This document shows, in pieces, positions 9,411-18,829 of a DNA stretch of 64,000 nt; the stretch's first letter is position 1, and every line of letters starts with the position of its first letter. A program made the position numbers and the translations under genes. The notes beneath the pieces were generated by a model, which did not search any database, was not told where the DNA came from, and worked only from the letters and a program-made list of their open reading frames with translations. The DNA is from an uncultured virus (IMG/VR IMGVR_UViG_3300010885_088079) (taxonomy: Duplodnaviria > Heunggongvirae > Uroviricota > Caudoviricetes), in the IMG/VR virus record IMGVR_UViG_3300010885_088079; one strand, given 5' to 3'.

Positions 9411-11513
9411 TTAGGGAAGTAAAGGAGATAAATCAACAGTTTGATATTGCGGAGAAACTGCTGACCTAGATATCCTAACGTCCAACCAAGGATCAGCGGT
9501 CCAAGTGGCATCTTTAAAAACACCAATTTTGTCTGATATGGAAACGAGATCTGTGACGTCTACGGTGCTATTGTCTACGTAACCTGTGATGGTGTTAAGA
9601 CTAAATGATAGGTCTACAGACAAATTGTTTATAAGACGGCATAGCTCCTGGGGTGGAAATGTAACATTAATTCTAGTATCAAAATCCTTACTTGAAAGTG
9701 ATCTGTTAATAAACATAGAGTACTTCCAATAAGGACTTGAGCTTTCACCGCCTATTTGATTTAAGCACGACCAGCTTAGGACGAAGTTCCAATTTTCTAT
9801 GCCAGAATCACCATAGCCTGAGAACTGATAGTTCGAAGTCCAAGATTTAAGCAAAGTGCTATAATACAAAGGAAAGTACTTTGGAAAGTTTATAGAATTC
9901 TTGCCTATCAATCTAGAAAGAAGATAGGACCTATCTAGATTAGTGTAACAATACATTGTAGATGGCATAGAAGTGCAAGATCCACACAAAGTTGATATTG
10001 TCGAAGAAGCTCCTACTAAAGTAGCAGTTGGTTGCTTAAATGATTGCACCGCCTCAATAAAGGTAATGTTAAAACTAAAATTTAAATCAACATTTAATAG
10101 ATCTTCCCAAGAACTTTCTACAAAAGCTTCACCCCCAACAGACAGCCCTCCATGTCCATTATAAGAATACAAGGATAGCCCAGGTTGAGAAAAGCTAAAC
10201 GAGGAGTTTCCCTCTAAATTCAAGCCACCAGAACCGGAATACTGAAATGAGGAGTAAACACGATCAGAATAGGATATCCTAACAAGGGTATCAGTGTGAA
10301 TTGAAACCTCTATACACTCAGGGTAACCAGCAAAAGGCACTTCAGTTAGTGTGTTGCAAGAATCTAATGCAGGACCAGCGGGATTGCTGTAAACTTGTAT
10401 GCTACAGACCTGCCACTTCATGTTGTATTGATTTAGTTGTCTACATACGTCCGCTACGCTGGTTGCCAATATGTTTTGAATAAAACGTTGCTTACCAGAA
10501 GCCCCAATACATTTGGAATCAGACGACTGAAAGTTTGATATATCGCATCCGCCCGCAAAAGAAGGTCCTGAAATTCCATACCCAGAGCCCTGCTTTGTTG
10601 GAAAAATGCAACAGCCTTCAACTCTGTACCATTTTTCTACACCCAGACCTACATTCCAGACTACGGCCGAGCCAACAGATATAATTTTGTCAACATTCCA
10701 AACAACTGGTTGAAAGAATCCAAAGTAATTTATGGCAAGAGAAGGGTTTAGACCTTCTTGAGAAGGTATGCCTCCCAAATTGTATAACATTGATAAAATC
10801 AAAGACCCATATCCGGAATCATAAATTCCAGGTAGACCTATAAACCCATCAACATATAAAGAACCAAGAGACTCTTGACTTGATAATCCTTGCTGTGAGA
10901 TTAAAAACAAACAAGCTAAATCACCTGCGTAATCATTGTTTTGTAAACCTAAGAGCGAGGCTGTTGCGGAAATTGTGAAGGATCCTACAGCACCATCAAA
11001 AAAGCCTTGGTTGTTAACTGTGTCTATGGCATTTAATATGAACATTTGTTCATAAGCATAATCGCCCTGCTCAGCTCTTACTCTTATCAGATACGTGTTT
11101 TTATCAAGAACGGAATAAATTAAAAGATTGTTATCTACTATTGTAAAATAACCATTATCATCGGAGCCTAAACCAGAAACAAGCGAATAAGAAAACTCAC
11201 CGTCTAGGCTAACAGAAAAGTATCCTAACTCAGTCCCAATAGGAAGACCATTTTCAATATTTAGAGTATAAGAAGAGAAGCTAAGGGGTGATCCCAAGAA
11301 CAAAAGACCAAACTCATTTTGAGTATCTAATGAGTTTGGGTTTAGGATTGATTCCAAGGAAAAAAGACCAAAATCATTTTGAGTTTCTACTGAGGTTGGG
11401 CTTAGATAGGAAACGGAAAGAAGGGACACAAAATCGCTACTGTCTGCTTGATCAACAGACAAAGTGCCGAACAGGTTTGGCTCTCCTATACCTCTAAGCT
11501 CAACAAAATCCAT
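9411..11513 (-). CDS. probable virion structural protein with cadherin-like domain
   Basis: ENGLPIGTELG...SYSLVSG.GSDDN.YFTI...YLIRVRA cadherin-like segment; 20-aa internal repeat (ETQNDFGL/DTQNEFGL); ATG 11513 after GAGGG. Confidence 0.65.
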   Translation of the reverse strand: MDFVELRGIGEPNLFGTLSVDQADSSDFVSLLSVSYLSPTSVETQNDFGLFSLESILNPNSLDTQNEFGLLFLGSPLSFSSYTLNIENGLPIGTELGYFSVSLDGEFSYSLVSGLGSDDNGYFTIVDNNLLIYSVLDKNTYLIRVRAEQGDYAYEQMFILNAIDTVNNQGFFDGAVGSFTISATASLLGLQNNDYAGDLACLFLISQQGLSSQESLGSLYVDGFIGLPGIYDSGYGSLILSMLYNLGGIPSQEGLNPSLAINYFGFFQPVVWNVDKIISVGSAVVWNVGLGVEKWYRVEGCCIFPTKQGSGYGISGPSFAGGCDISNFQSSDSKCIGASGKQRFIQNILATSVADVCRQLNQYNMKWQVCSIQVYSNPAGPALDSCNTLTEVPFAGYPECIEVSIHTDTLVRISYSDRVYSSFQYSGSGGLNLEGNSSFSFSQPGLSLYSYNGHGGLSVGGEAFVESSWEDLLNVDLNFSFNITFIEAVQSFKQPTATLVGASSTISTLCGSCTSMPSTMYCYTNLDRSYLLSRLIGKNSINFPKYFPLYYSTLLKSWTSNYQFSGYGDSGIENWNFVLSWSCLNQIGGESSSPYWKYSMFINRSLSSKDFDTRINVTFPPQELCRLINNLSVDLSFSLNTITGYVDNSTVDVTDLVSISDKIGVFKDATWTADPWLDVRISRSAVSPQYQTVDLSPLLP

Positions 11514-11526
11514 ATCCCTCCTTAAA

Positions 11527-12231
11527 TTAGCTCTCAAGCCTCTCAAGCATGGAAGCAATCAAAGGATGCCTTACAATTGAACTGGCTTTGAAGTAGATGA
11601 CGCCCACTCCATTAAGGTTCTCCAGCTTTTTTACCGTATTCATTAGAGCTTGATCTTTAATGTGCAAGTCACTCTGTAGTGGGTCTCCTGTGACGATAAT
11701 TTTACTATTTGTGCCAAATCTTGTAAGGAAAAGCTTTAGTTGTGACATCGTAGCATTCTGTGCTTCATCAAAAATGCAAACCGAGTCGTGAAAAGTTCTA
11801 CCTCTTAAATAAGCCAAAGGAGCAACTTCAATAGATTTAGATATTATCTCTCTTTGAGGGCCATCTCTTCCAACACAACGATCTATGCAGTCATACATTG
11901 GCAACATGTATGGATTAACTTTCTCCTCGAAAGTTCCAGGAAGGTATCCCAAGGATTCTCCAGCCTCTACTATTGGACGAGTTAGTACTATCTTCTTTTT
12001 CTTCTTAGAAACTATTTCACTTATGCCAAAAGCACAAGCTAACATTGTTTTTCCACATCCTGCTGGACCTATTAGAAAAAGCACATCATGCTTATCAAAG
12101 GCTTCCCAGGCTAGTTTTTGTGCTTGATTCAAAAACTCTAGATGGAAGGACTTGTTCTTTGAGTCATGGTCATAAGCTCTTTGGTTGTCGTTTTGTGTTT
12201 TTTCCTTAGGCTTCTGCTTTCTTCTCTTCAT
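11527..12231 (-). CDS. phoH: PhoH family ATPase
   Basis: GPAGCGKT, LGYLPG, YLRGRTF, DEAQN, GDPLQSD. Confidence 0.95.
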   Translation of the reverse strand: MKRRKQKPKEKTQNDNQRAYDHDSKNKSFHLEFLNQAQKLAWEAFDKHDVLFLIGPAGCGKTMLACAFGISEIVSKKKKKIVLTRPIVEAGESLGYLPGTFEEKVNPYMLPMYDCIDRCVGRDGPQREIISKSIEVAPLAYLRGRTFHDSVCIFDEAQNATMSQLKLFLTRFGTNSKIIVTGDPLQSDLHIKDQALMNTVKKLENLNGVGVIYFKASSIVRHPLIASMLERLES

Positions 12232-13109
12232 GTGCTCCTTAAAATGGATGATAGTTCTTCGTCTGTAATATTGGGAAACTTTCCCTTTATTGACTTTAGT
12301 ACAGATTCTTTAGAGAGACCTTTTTGTAACAATCCTCTAGCCATAGCAACAGGATCATTAAAGGACTTTTGTCTACTAGCTGTCTTTTCTTGATTTTGCT
12401 TTTGTTTAATGGATTCATTAGAGCAGTCAAGAAGCTTACGTTCGTTTTCGCTCATTGCCTTATTAACAGATTCTGGTGTTCTGCCCATTTTGTCTGCCCA
12501 CATCAAAACAAGCAGAAGTTTAAGCTTTTGAGTGTTTATGGCCTTTCCATTATTAAAATGCTCTCTTATAAAAGATTTTGGAAATTGACCTAATTGCATG
12601 TGATGGTCAATTATAAAATCTATGACGTCCTTGTTTTCTTCGTAAAGAGCTTTTGTCTCAGGTGGAGCGAAACCTCCAAGCCTGTTAATTAAAGGGGAGT
12701 AGTGTGCCGGAAGATCGTGTCCAACAGACTTTATCTTAGAGGCATCATTTTGATATTGAATGTCCATCTGCCTCAAGAACTCATAATTTACCCCACCTAT
12801 TGTTGTTGCGGTCGCCTTGCCTACATCGTGCAGCCAAGCACTTATGTAAAGTATCTGTAGCTCTTTTGGTGTTAAACTAAAGTCCATATCTTCAAGAATG
12901 TTAGAAAACGGTGGTGTGTTCTTTAGAACATTTAATCTACGTATAGCACCTGGGATGGCTTTTCTAACAAGCTTAACATGGGTAAGAACATCACCTTCAG
13001 GATGATGTTCCTTGTCTTGGGGGACGTTCTTGAGAAGACCAGCATAAACTTTTGCTAAACTTCTTGAGTCTTCATCCAAAAGCCAGAATTTAAAAGAGAG
13101 CTTTGACAT
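12228..13109 (-). CDS. HD-domain phosphohydrolase with capsid-targeting-like N-terminus
   Basis: HHPEGDVLTH, LHDVGK, GHD, HHM, ADKMGR; start reassigned to ATG 13109 (MSKLSFKFWLLDE). Confidence 0.8.
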   Translation of the reverse strand: MSKLSFKFWLLDEDSRSLAKVYAGLLKNVPQDKEHHPEGDVLTHVKLVRKAIPGAIRRLNVLKNTPPFSNILEDMDFSLTPKELQILYISAWLHDVGKATATTIGGVNYEFLRQMDIQYQNDASKIKSVGHDLPAHYSPLINRLGGFAPPETKALYEENKDVIDFIIDHHMQLGQFPKSFIREHFNNGKAINTQKLKLLLVLMWADKMGRTPESVNKAMSENERKLLDCSNESIKQKQNQEKTASRQKSFNDPVAMARGLLQKGLSKESVLKSIKGKFPNITDEELSSILRST

Positions 13110-13161
13110 ATATGTATTTACCCATGTAGGCGTAAAAAGATTGCAGGAGCATAAATACCAT

Positions 13162-13593
13162 ATGATGAATTTTAAGCTTTTTATAGAGGCAGAAGAAAAA
13201 GAAAACGTAGACCAGCTTATTTCTGCACTTCCCAAGAAGCATCAAGAAATACTCAACAAGTTTAAGTTTACCTATACCCCTAAAAACACTCTAAAAGGGG
13301 ACGAGGATCATATTGGCTATGTGCACAAGAAGAAAATAGTGGTAGCAGCACCGTGGAATTATTCAAGAAAGTTCACAACGCTACACGAAATAGCACACAT
13401 GGTATGGGAACACCTAATAGACAAAAGCAAGAAAAAAGAATGGTCAAAGATAGTTAAGGGAACAAAAAATAGGCAAAAACAAAATGACGAAGAGCTATTT
13501 TGTATGGCCTATGCTTGCTTCTATTCTGGGGATCATTGCCCTAGGATCCACGATCACGAAGAATGGAACAAATTCGTCTCTTCGCTTAAATAA
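13162..13593 (+). CDS. zincin-like metallopeptidase (HExxH) protein
   Basis: TTLHEIAH...EELFC; starts MMNFKLFIEAEE after CATAAATA. Confidence 0.7.
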   Translation: MMNFKLFIEAEEKENVDQLISALPKKHQEILNKFKFTYTPKNTLKGDEDHIGYVHKKKIVVAAPWNYSRKFTTLHEIAHMVWEHLIDKSKKKEWSKIVKGTKNRQKQNDEELFCMAYACFYSGDHCPRIHDHEEWNKFVSSLK

Positions 13594-13901
13594 CCCTTTA
13601 CATCACCATTTTGCTCTATCTTTTTGTCTTCATATGGTGAAGCGACTCTACGGTAAAACTCTTGCTTAACGTTCTCAAGAACGCCTGTAATAATGGCTAC
13701 CTTAGCATACGTTGGTTTGTTTACGAGCAAAGAAGAACAAATTCTGGTCATGACGTAATTTAAATTACCAGAACAGTTCAGTAAATCATTTGCATCAAAT
13801 TCTGATATGTCCTTTTCCGAAACAGCATTGAACAAAGAGTCCACTAGTTTCTCTATGTGTATATCAAGTCTTTTTCTGAAGCTGTTTTCAATGTAGGGCA
13901 T
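13554..13901 (-). CDS. conserved phage protein (MPYI...GNLNY...EFYRR...PYEDKKI..NGDV)
   Basis: Recognisable phage hypothetical family motif. Confidence 0.75.
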   Translation of the reverse strand: MPYIENSFRKRLDIHIEKLVDSLFNAVSEKDISEFDANDLLNCSGNLNYVMTRICSSLLVNKPTYAKVAIITGVLENVKQEFYRRVASPYEDKKIEQNGDVKGYLSEETNLFHSS

Positions 13902-13902
13902 A

Positions 13903-14568
13903 TCAATCTTTCTTTTTGTAAAAGAAGGCTACTACAGAACGACGAAGAGCATCACCGGCAGAAGCATCAACTCTGTTGATGGCGTGCCAAACTTTTCCTT
14001 TTGTAAAAACAAGTCTGTTTGGAAGAGGAGAAATATATTGGCCAAGGCCATATTCATTTAATAGCTCTGGCATATATGATCGATCAATAGCATCGGATGG
14101 CTGAGAGGTGAGTCTGGCGTCCGACTCCGGAGAAGTCTTTGCAATAAAAAGTTCACCGCCCCAGTGGGGATCCCAAAAACTATGGGTGTAGAATATGGCA
14201 GCAGCTGAGTATCCATAGTCATTATGCCATGATATCTTTGTGTTAACAGGATATATGTATGGCGTTAAGAGAAAATCATCCCAATCTTCTCCCTTTTTTC
14301 CCACTATGGTTTCTAAGTGCTGTGTGGCCAATGTGTTTATAACTTCTATCATTCCGTCCATCATACAGTTATGAGGACCTTTAGAAGCATAGTACGGTGA
14401 GCCTGCTAAAACCTGGCCGTCTGAGATTCTCCAGACCTTCTGCCAGCCTGTGAGGGAGCGATACGCAAAGTCTAAGGTGTTAAAGTAGTGACAGAATTGC
14501 TTAAAATAAGCATCATCTAGCACCGAATCTAGAACGGCGTAGTTGTTGTCTTTGACAAGTAGTTTCAT
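13903..14568 (-). CDS. 2OG-Fe(II) oxygenase (prolyl-hydroxylase-like)
   Basis: WHND, WGGEL, PNRLV, WHAI, R. Confidence 0.85.
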   Translation of the reverse strand: MKLLVKDNNYAVLDSVLDDAYFKQFCHYFNTLDFAYRSLTGWQKVWRISDGQVLAGSPYYASKGPHNCMMDGMIEVINTLATQHLETIVGKKGEDWDDFLLTPYIYPVNTKISWHNDYGYSAAAIFYTHSFWDPHWGGELFIAKTSPESDARLTSQPSDAIDRSYMPELLNEYGLGQYISPLPNRLVFTKGKVWHAINRVDASAGDALRRSVVAFFYKKKD

Positions 14569-15306
14569 TTATATTGCCCTCGACTGTACATCGGTCATAA
14601 GTTTTGGAATATGAGACATAGCGTGTTCGGTCATTCTCTCGAATTCGCTTACATCTAGACTAAACATTCTGTAATGGTGTATAATCGGGTTCTTTACCAC
14701 CTGCGGCTTGTGACCCTTAGCTTGAGCTTTCATGGTCATGATAAAGGAATGACCGATCATTGGCAGTTCTTCTGGCCAGGGGCCAACGTCTTTCCAAGCT
14801 TCTTTAGTAAACAACAAGATATGATCTTGGAGAAAATCGACTTTTTTGTTGCTTATCATGTAAGATTGAGTGTCAACACCTATCACTCCAGATTGCTGTG
14901 CTTCAGAAACATTTATCAAAAGATCAATCCAAGCTGGGTTTAGAATTACAACATCGCAATGAAGAAAAATATAGTACTTAGAGTTCTTATCTGCTGCCTG
15001 AACGCCTTTATTGCAGGCACCAGACCAATAAAGATTGGTGTCATTTCTAACAACCTTTACTTCATTTTCTATGTCTGATAAAAAGTCTTGTGAGTCTTTG
15101 CCGCTATTATTATCAACAACAATTATTTCGTAATTATTGTTGAAAGAGGTAACAGCAATAGATTGAAGGCATATGTTCAAGTATTCTGGTCTGTCTTTAT
15201 GAACAATAATTATAGAAACGTGCTCATCTGTACTTTCGTGCAGTTTTATATTTAGTTCTGGCCTGTCGCCTTCTAGGGGATTATGTGGTGTTATTGGGGT
15301 GCTCAT
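14569..15306 (-). CDS. glycosyltransferase family 2
   Basis: SIIIVH, EIIVVDNNS, N.G, FLHCD. Confidence 0.85.
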   Translation of the reverse strand: MSTPITPHNPLEGDRPELNIKLHESTDEHVSIIIVHKDRPEYLNICLQSIAVTSFNNNYEIIVVDNNSGKDSQDFLSDIENEVKVVRNDTNLYWSGACNKGVQAADKNSKYYIFLHCDVVILNPAWIDLLINVSEAQQSGVIGVDTQSYMISNKKVDFLQDHILLFTKEAWKDVGPWPEELPMIGHSFIMTMKAQAKGHKPQVVKNPIIHHYRMFSLDVSEFERMTEHAMSHIPKLMTDVQSRAI

Positions 15307-15356
15307 GATTGGTTCTCCTTGGTATCAAATAATTGTAACAAAAAAATAAAAGTTGA

Positions 15357-15566
15357 TCAATCCTCTATATCGATCTCAAAAATGCCTCTTTCACAAACGC
15401 AATCTATTGGACCATTTGGAGTCGATATTGTTTCGGCATATCTTTTGGAAAGGTTTTTTGCATAGGATTCAGCAAAAGAAGAGTCTTTGTATGCCTTTTC
15501 TATTTTAACTACACAATATTCTCCATCAACTTGTCTAGCAATGGATATGATTGCAAAAGCTTTCAT
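15357..15566 (-). CDS. hypothetical protein
   Basis: ATG 15566 after AAGGAG. Confidence 0.65.
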   Translation of the reverse strand: MKAFAIISIARQVDGEYCVVKIEKAYKDSSFAESYAKNLSKRYAETISTPNGPIDCVCERGIFEIDIED

Positions 15567-16150
15567 ATATTGTTCTCCTTGCAAACGTCAAAAGCACTAG
15601 AACCCTCTTCGTTCACCACCTCAATGATGGGCTCAGGATCAGAGTTTTGCGAAGCTTCAACATGATCAGATGCTTCAACATGATCAGATGCTTCAAGCTC
15701 TGTTGGCGTCTCTACGTTGCTTATAAGGCCATCTGCTTCTAGCTCATTACCTAACAAATCTTCATTTTCAAGCCCTTCATCTAGTTCTTCATCCTCAAAA
15801 CCAGAAAAATCGGACGCCCTCATTTCAACATGCCTTGAAAGATCTTCTTTCTTATCTTCTAGAGGTTTAACCTCAGGCTTCAATAAATTCTTTTTCTTTC
15901 TTAATCTAGAATGTGCCTTTGAAAGATGTTTATCAAAATCTCTTTGCCAGGCAGGAAGAGCTTGGTGGGGAAATCTTGAAGCACTTCTTTTCAGCTCAGC
16001 TTTTAAAAAGCTACTAACTTGCTGAGCATCTATCCAAGAAAATAATTTTTTCAAAGTTAAATTCGTAAAGTCACAGGGCACACGAGAGTCCACCTCGTCT
16101 CGACCGGTCTTAATTTGAACCTTAAAGTTCTCAGGATTCCCTACTGTCAT
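15563..16150 (-). CDS. hypothetical protein with acidic C-terminus
   Basis: ATG 16150 after GGAG; EASDHV repeat. Confidence 0.65.
   Translation of the reverse strand: MTVGNPENFKVQIKTGRDEVDSRVPCDFTNLTLKKLFSWIDAQQVSSFLKAELKRSASRFPHQALPAWQRDFDKHLSKAHSRLRKKKNLLKPEVKPLEDKKEDLSRHVEMRASDFSGFEDEELDEGLENEDLLGNELEADGLISNVETPTELEASDHVEASDHVEASQNSDPEPIIEVVNEEGSSAFDVCKENNI
15654..15696. repeat. 18-bp coding tandem repeat (~2.4 copies)
   Basis: GCTTCAACATGATCAGAT x2 plus a partial copy. Confidence 0.9.
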
Positions 16151-16463
16151 TGTTTTCTCCATTAATTTGATAATCGTCCATAAAAGAAGTAGCATAATTT
16201 CCCGATCTAACTTCTTTAACTTTCTCCAAATAGTCATAATAGACATTTGGAATTTCTACTACCGGAGGCTTAAAATAGTCAATGATTTGCCTCTCCAGAG
16301 CCTTAAGGTCTAAACCTTCAGGGGGATCTTCAAAATAAACCTTCTCATTTCTATAGTCTATTTTTACGTTCAAAAATTTTGGTGGTTCCGCGTCTTGTTC
16401 GTCTCTGATCTCTACGGACAGAGGGACTAAAGATGAAACAGATAAAATATTGTAGTTTTTCAT
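16131..16463 (-). CDS. hypothetical protein
   Basis: 110-aa ORF. Confidence 0.6.
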   Translation of the reverse strand: MKNYNILSVSSLVPLSVEIRDEQDAEPPKFLNVKIDYRNEKVYFEDPPEGLDLKALERQIIDYFKPPVVEIPNVYYDYLEKVKEVRSGNYATSFMDDYQINGENNDSRES

Positions 16464-16493
16464 AAATATCTAAGAGTAATAGAGTAATAAACC

Positions 16494-16838
16494 ATGCAAT
16501 TTAACAAATTCCTAGAGATATCAGAGAATATACAAGAAGTTAAGTCTCTATGCATAGAGGAAAACTTCCTTTGGGCAAAAAAGATACACCTGCCTAGCTT
16601 GGATCTAGGTCTGCCTAGTGTCGAAAAAAAGTCTAAAATATCCATATTAAATGATAAAATAAACCCAATTTATATGCAACTAGAAGATGGGTCAAAGCTA
16701 TTCTTCACATACGATGAATTTAAAAGAATACAAGGAACGCCTTTGATTGGTAAAGTTATGCAACTAACAATGCAAAGGCTTGGAAATGATACCTCTGTGT
16801 ATCCTTCAAAAATAACAGCATGTAGAATTATAAACTAG
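16494..16838 (+). CDS. hypothetical protein with capsid-targeting-like N-terminus
   Basis: MQFNKFLEISE; CATAAATA upstream. Confidence 0.65.
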   Translation: MQFNKFLEISENIQEVKSLCIEENFLWAKKIHLPSLDLGLPSVEKKSKISILNDKINPIYMQLEDGSKLFFTYDEFKRIQGTPLIGKVMQLTMQRLGNDTSVYPSKITACRIIN

Positions 16839-17040
16839 GATCGACCTTTATGTTCACCTTGTTTAGATCTATCTTATCAGGATCTATGGTTGGACCATAC
16901 GGAGAAGGCGAATAATCCTGTTTTAGCTTTTGGATTACACGGTCTGAGACCTTGTCTACAAAAAAGTTGATCCCAAGACTAAAAGTCAGAATCAGACCAG
17001 TTAAAGCTAAAAAAACATAAACCAGCTTGTTTGTACTCAT
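16828..17040 (-). CDS. small membrane protein
   Basis: ATG 17040 after AAGGAG; one TM segment. Confidence 0.65.
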   Translation of the reverse strand: MSTNKLVYVFLALTGLILTFSLGINFFVDKVSDRVIQKLKQDYSPSPYGPTIDPDKIDLNKVNIKVDPSL

Positions 17041-17044
17041 AATT

Positions 17045-18106
17045 TTACTCCTTTTGTGAATCACCAAACTTTTCGTTCCAGCTACTTCTACCAAGAGTTA
17101 TATACTTTTTCTCAAAAAAAGAAAGTCCTTCTAAATGCTTTTTGTATTCTTCGTCAAGTTCTTTAGGAACTTCAAGCCTTAAAGAAACTATCATGTCTCC
17201 AATATTTCCCTTGTAAGGAAGACCCTTGCCTCTTACTCTAAACTTGGAATAAGGTTGAGTAAATTGCGGAACTTTCAAAACAATTCTTTCGCCAGAAACG
17301 CATGGAATTGTTAAAGAACAACCTAAAACTATTTGTGTATAAGAAACAGGAACCTCTAAAAGGATTGATGCCCCATCCCTCTTAAAAAGAGGATCAGGTT
17401 TTACAACAACCAAGACTATGAGGTCACCGCTTTCACCGCCTTTAAGAGAAGGCTCCCCGCCTCCACTAATAGTTATTGAAGTACCATGTTCCACACCCGG
17501 TGGTATGTTAACCTCAACCGAGTCCTCTTCGTAAGAAGAGTAACCCATGCCAGAGCAAGAAGAACACTTTTTAACGTTTATCTTTCCTGTGCCTCCACAG
17601 AAGCCACAGGGACGATTTAAAGAAAATGGTGGCTGAAGTACCTGAGAAATTCCTTTGCCTTCGCATCGTTCACAAAATACGTAGTCTGTGAACCCCTCAC
17701 CAGAGCAGGAAGAACAAACAGTCTTCTTCTTTATCTTGATATTCTTTTTAACACCAGTTAAAACCTCTAAAAAGTTAACTTCTACTTTTGACTGTATGTT
17801 CCTTCCCCTGAATAGGGAGTTAGAGAAGAAGCTATTTAAATCTACTTCAACACTGTCATTAAATTTTGACTTGGAGCGGAACTTCATCCGCTCATCAAAG
17901 TCAAAAGCCGATGAGTTAGAAGTTTTTACTTTTTTAAGAATCTCATAGGCAGACTGAACATCTTTGAACTTGTCCGCTGCACCTGTATCCTCCGGATTAA
18001 GGTCAGGGTGATACTTTTTTGCAAGATCCCTATAGGCTTTTTCTACATCTTTTATCGAAGCAGAATTCTTAAGGCCAAGAACTTCATACGGATTCATTTT
18101 GTTCAA
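17045..18106 (-). CDS. dnaJ: DnaJ chaperone
   Basis: J-domain HPD, four CxxCxGxG repeats, C-terminal domain. Confidence 0.95.
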   Translation of the reverse strand: MNKMNPYEVLGLKNSASIKDVEKAYRDLAKKYHPDLNPEDTGAADKFKDVQSAYEILKKVKTSNSSAFDFDERMKFRSKSKFNDSVEVDLNSFFSNSLFRGRNIQSKVEVNFLEVLTGVKKNIKIKKKTVCSSCSGEGFTDYVFCERCEGKGISQVLQPPFSLNRPCGFCGGTGKINVKKCSSCSGMGYSSYEEDSVEVNIPPGVEHGTSITISGGGEPSLKGGESGDLIVLVVVKPDPLFKRDGASILLEVPVSYTQIVLGCSLTIPCVSGERIVLKVPQFTQPYSKFRVRGKGLPYKGNIGDMIVSLRLEVPKELDEEYKKHLEGLSFFEKKYITLGRSSWNEKFGDSQKE

Positions 18107-18401
18107 GTAGAACGCTCTTTATAGAAGTTGGCTCCATAAAAAATCTATCTCTGTGTGAACTGTCGTAATTAGGTGCCATTACACCAGTCCCAGAGATAAG
18201 AACCCTATCTCCAACGTCATAGCCCCAAGACTCTGCCTTGAAAGAAGGACCTACTGCTTTTACATAACCTTGGAGTGGGACCTTGAGATCTACCTTGTCT
18301 GTAATTGCCAAACTTGTTCCCATCAACTCGTTGGGAGTCAATATCTCTACTAGAACCTGGGAGCCTGTTGGCTTAACACCCGCAACCTTTGGAACGCTCA
18401 T
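18084..18401 (-). CDS. groES: GroES/Cpn10-like co-chaperonin
   Basis: KPTGSQVLVE...G.V.AVGP...VGDRVL. Confidence 0.7.
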   Translation of the reverse strand: MSVPKVAGVKPTGSQVLVEILTPNELMGTSLAITDKVDLKVPLQGYVKAVGPSFKAESWGYDVGDRVLISGTGVMAPNYDSSHRDRFFMEPTSIKSVLLEQNESV

Positions 18402-18412
18402 ATAAACCTTTC

Positions 18413-18829
18413 TTAAAAATTGTGAAAAACATGAACTTCATTGCTATCAACGAGGATTTCTTCATCGTTTCCTATAACTTCATTAATAGTATTCCCAGAA
18501 GAATCTGCTTCGTTAAAAAGCAACAATTGTTGTTCAGTGGGGTTTGCTTCCCCAATTACATAGTTGGTTTGTCCAACTGTGCAGCTAAATGAAGGGTCAA
18601 ACCCGACAAAGTATTGCGAATTTTGTGGATTAGATGAAATAAATGTCATATTAGAAGTTGAAGAGGCAACAGAAATAGAAAAGTCTTTTTCAAGCGAATT
18701 AAAAAAACTATTAGTTTCTCCTATACAAACAGAGTCCTCTAAGTCGCAATAGCCATTTAAAGCCTGTTTGTATATCAACCTAGCAAAATCAATAAGGCCA
18801 CTTTTAGATACTTTTGCAAAATTTGACAT
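18413..18829 (-). CDS. hypothetical protein
   Basis: 138-aa ORF coupled to the ALDH stop. Confidence 0.6.
   Translation of the reverse strand: MSNFAKVSKSGLIDFARLIYKQALNGYCDLEDSVCIGETNSFFNSLEKDFSISVASSTSNMTFISSNPQNSQYFVGFDPSFSCTVGQTNYVIGEANPTEQQLLLFNEADSSGNTINEVIGNDEEILVDSNEVHVFHNF

Noticed and set aside
11527..12231. phoH as a novelty
   Set aside because: It is a common phage auxiliary gene, so it is listed as a feature only.
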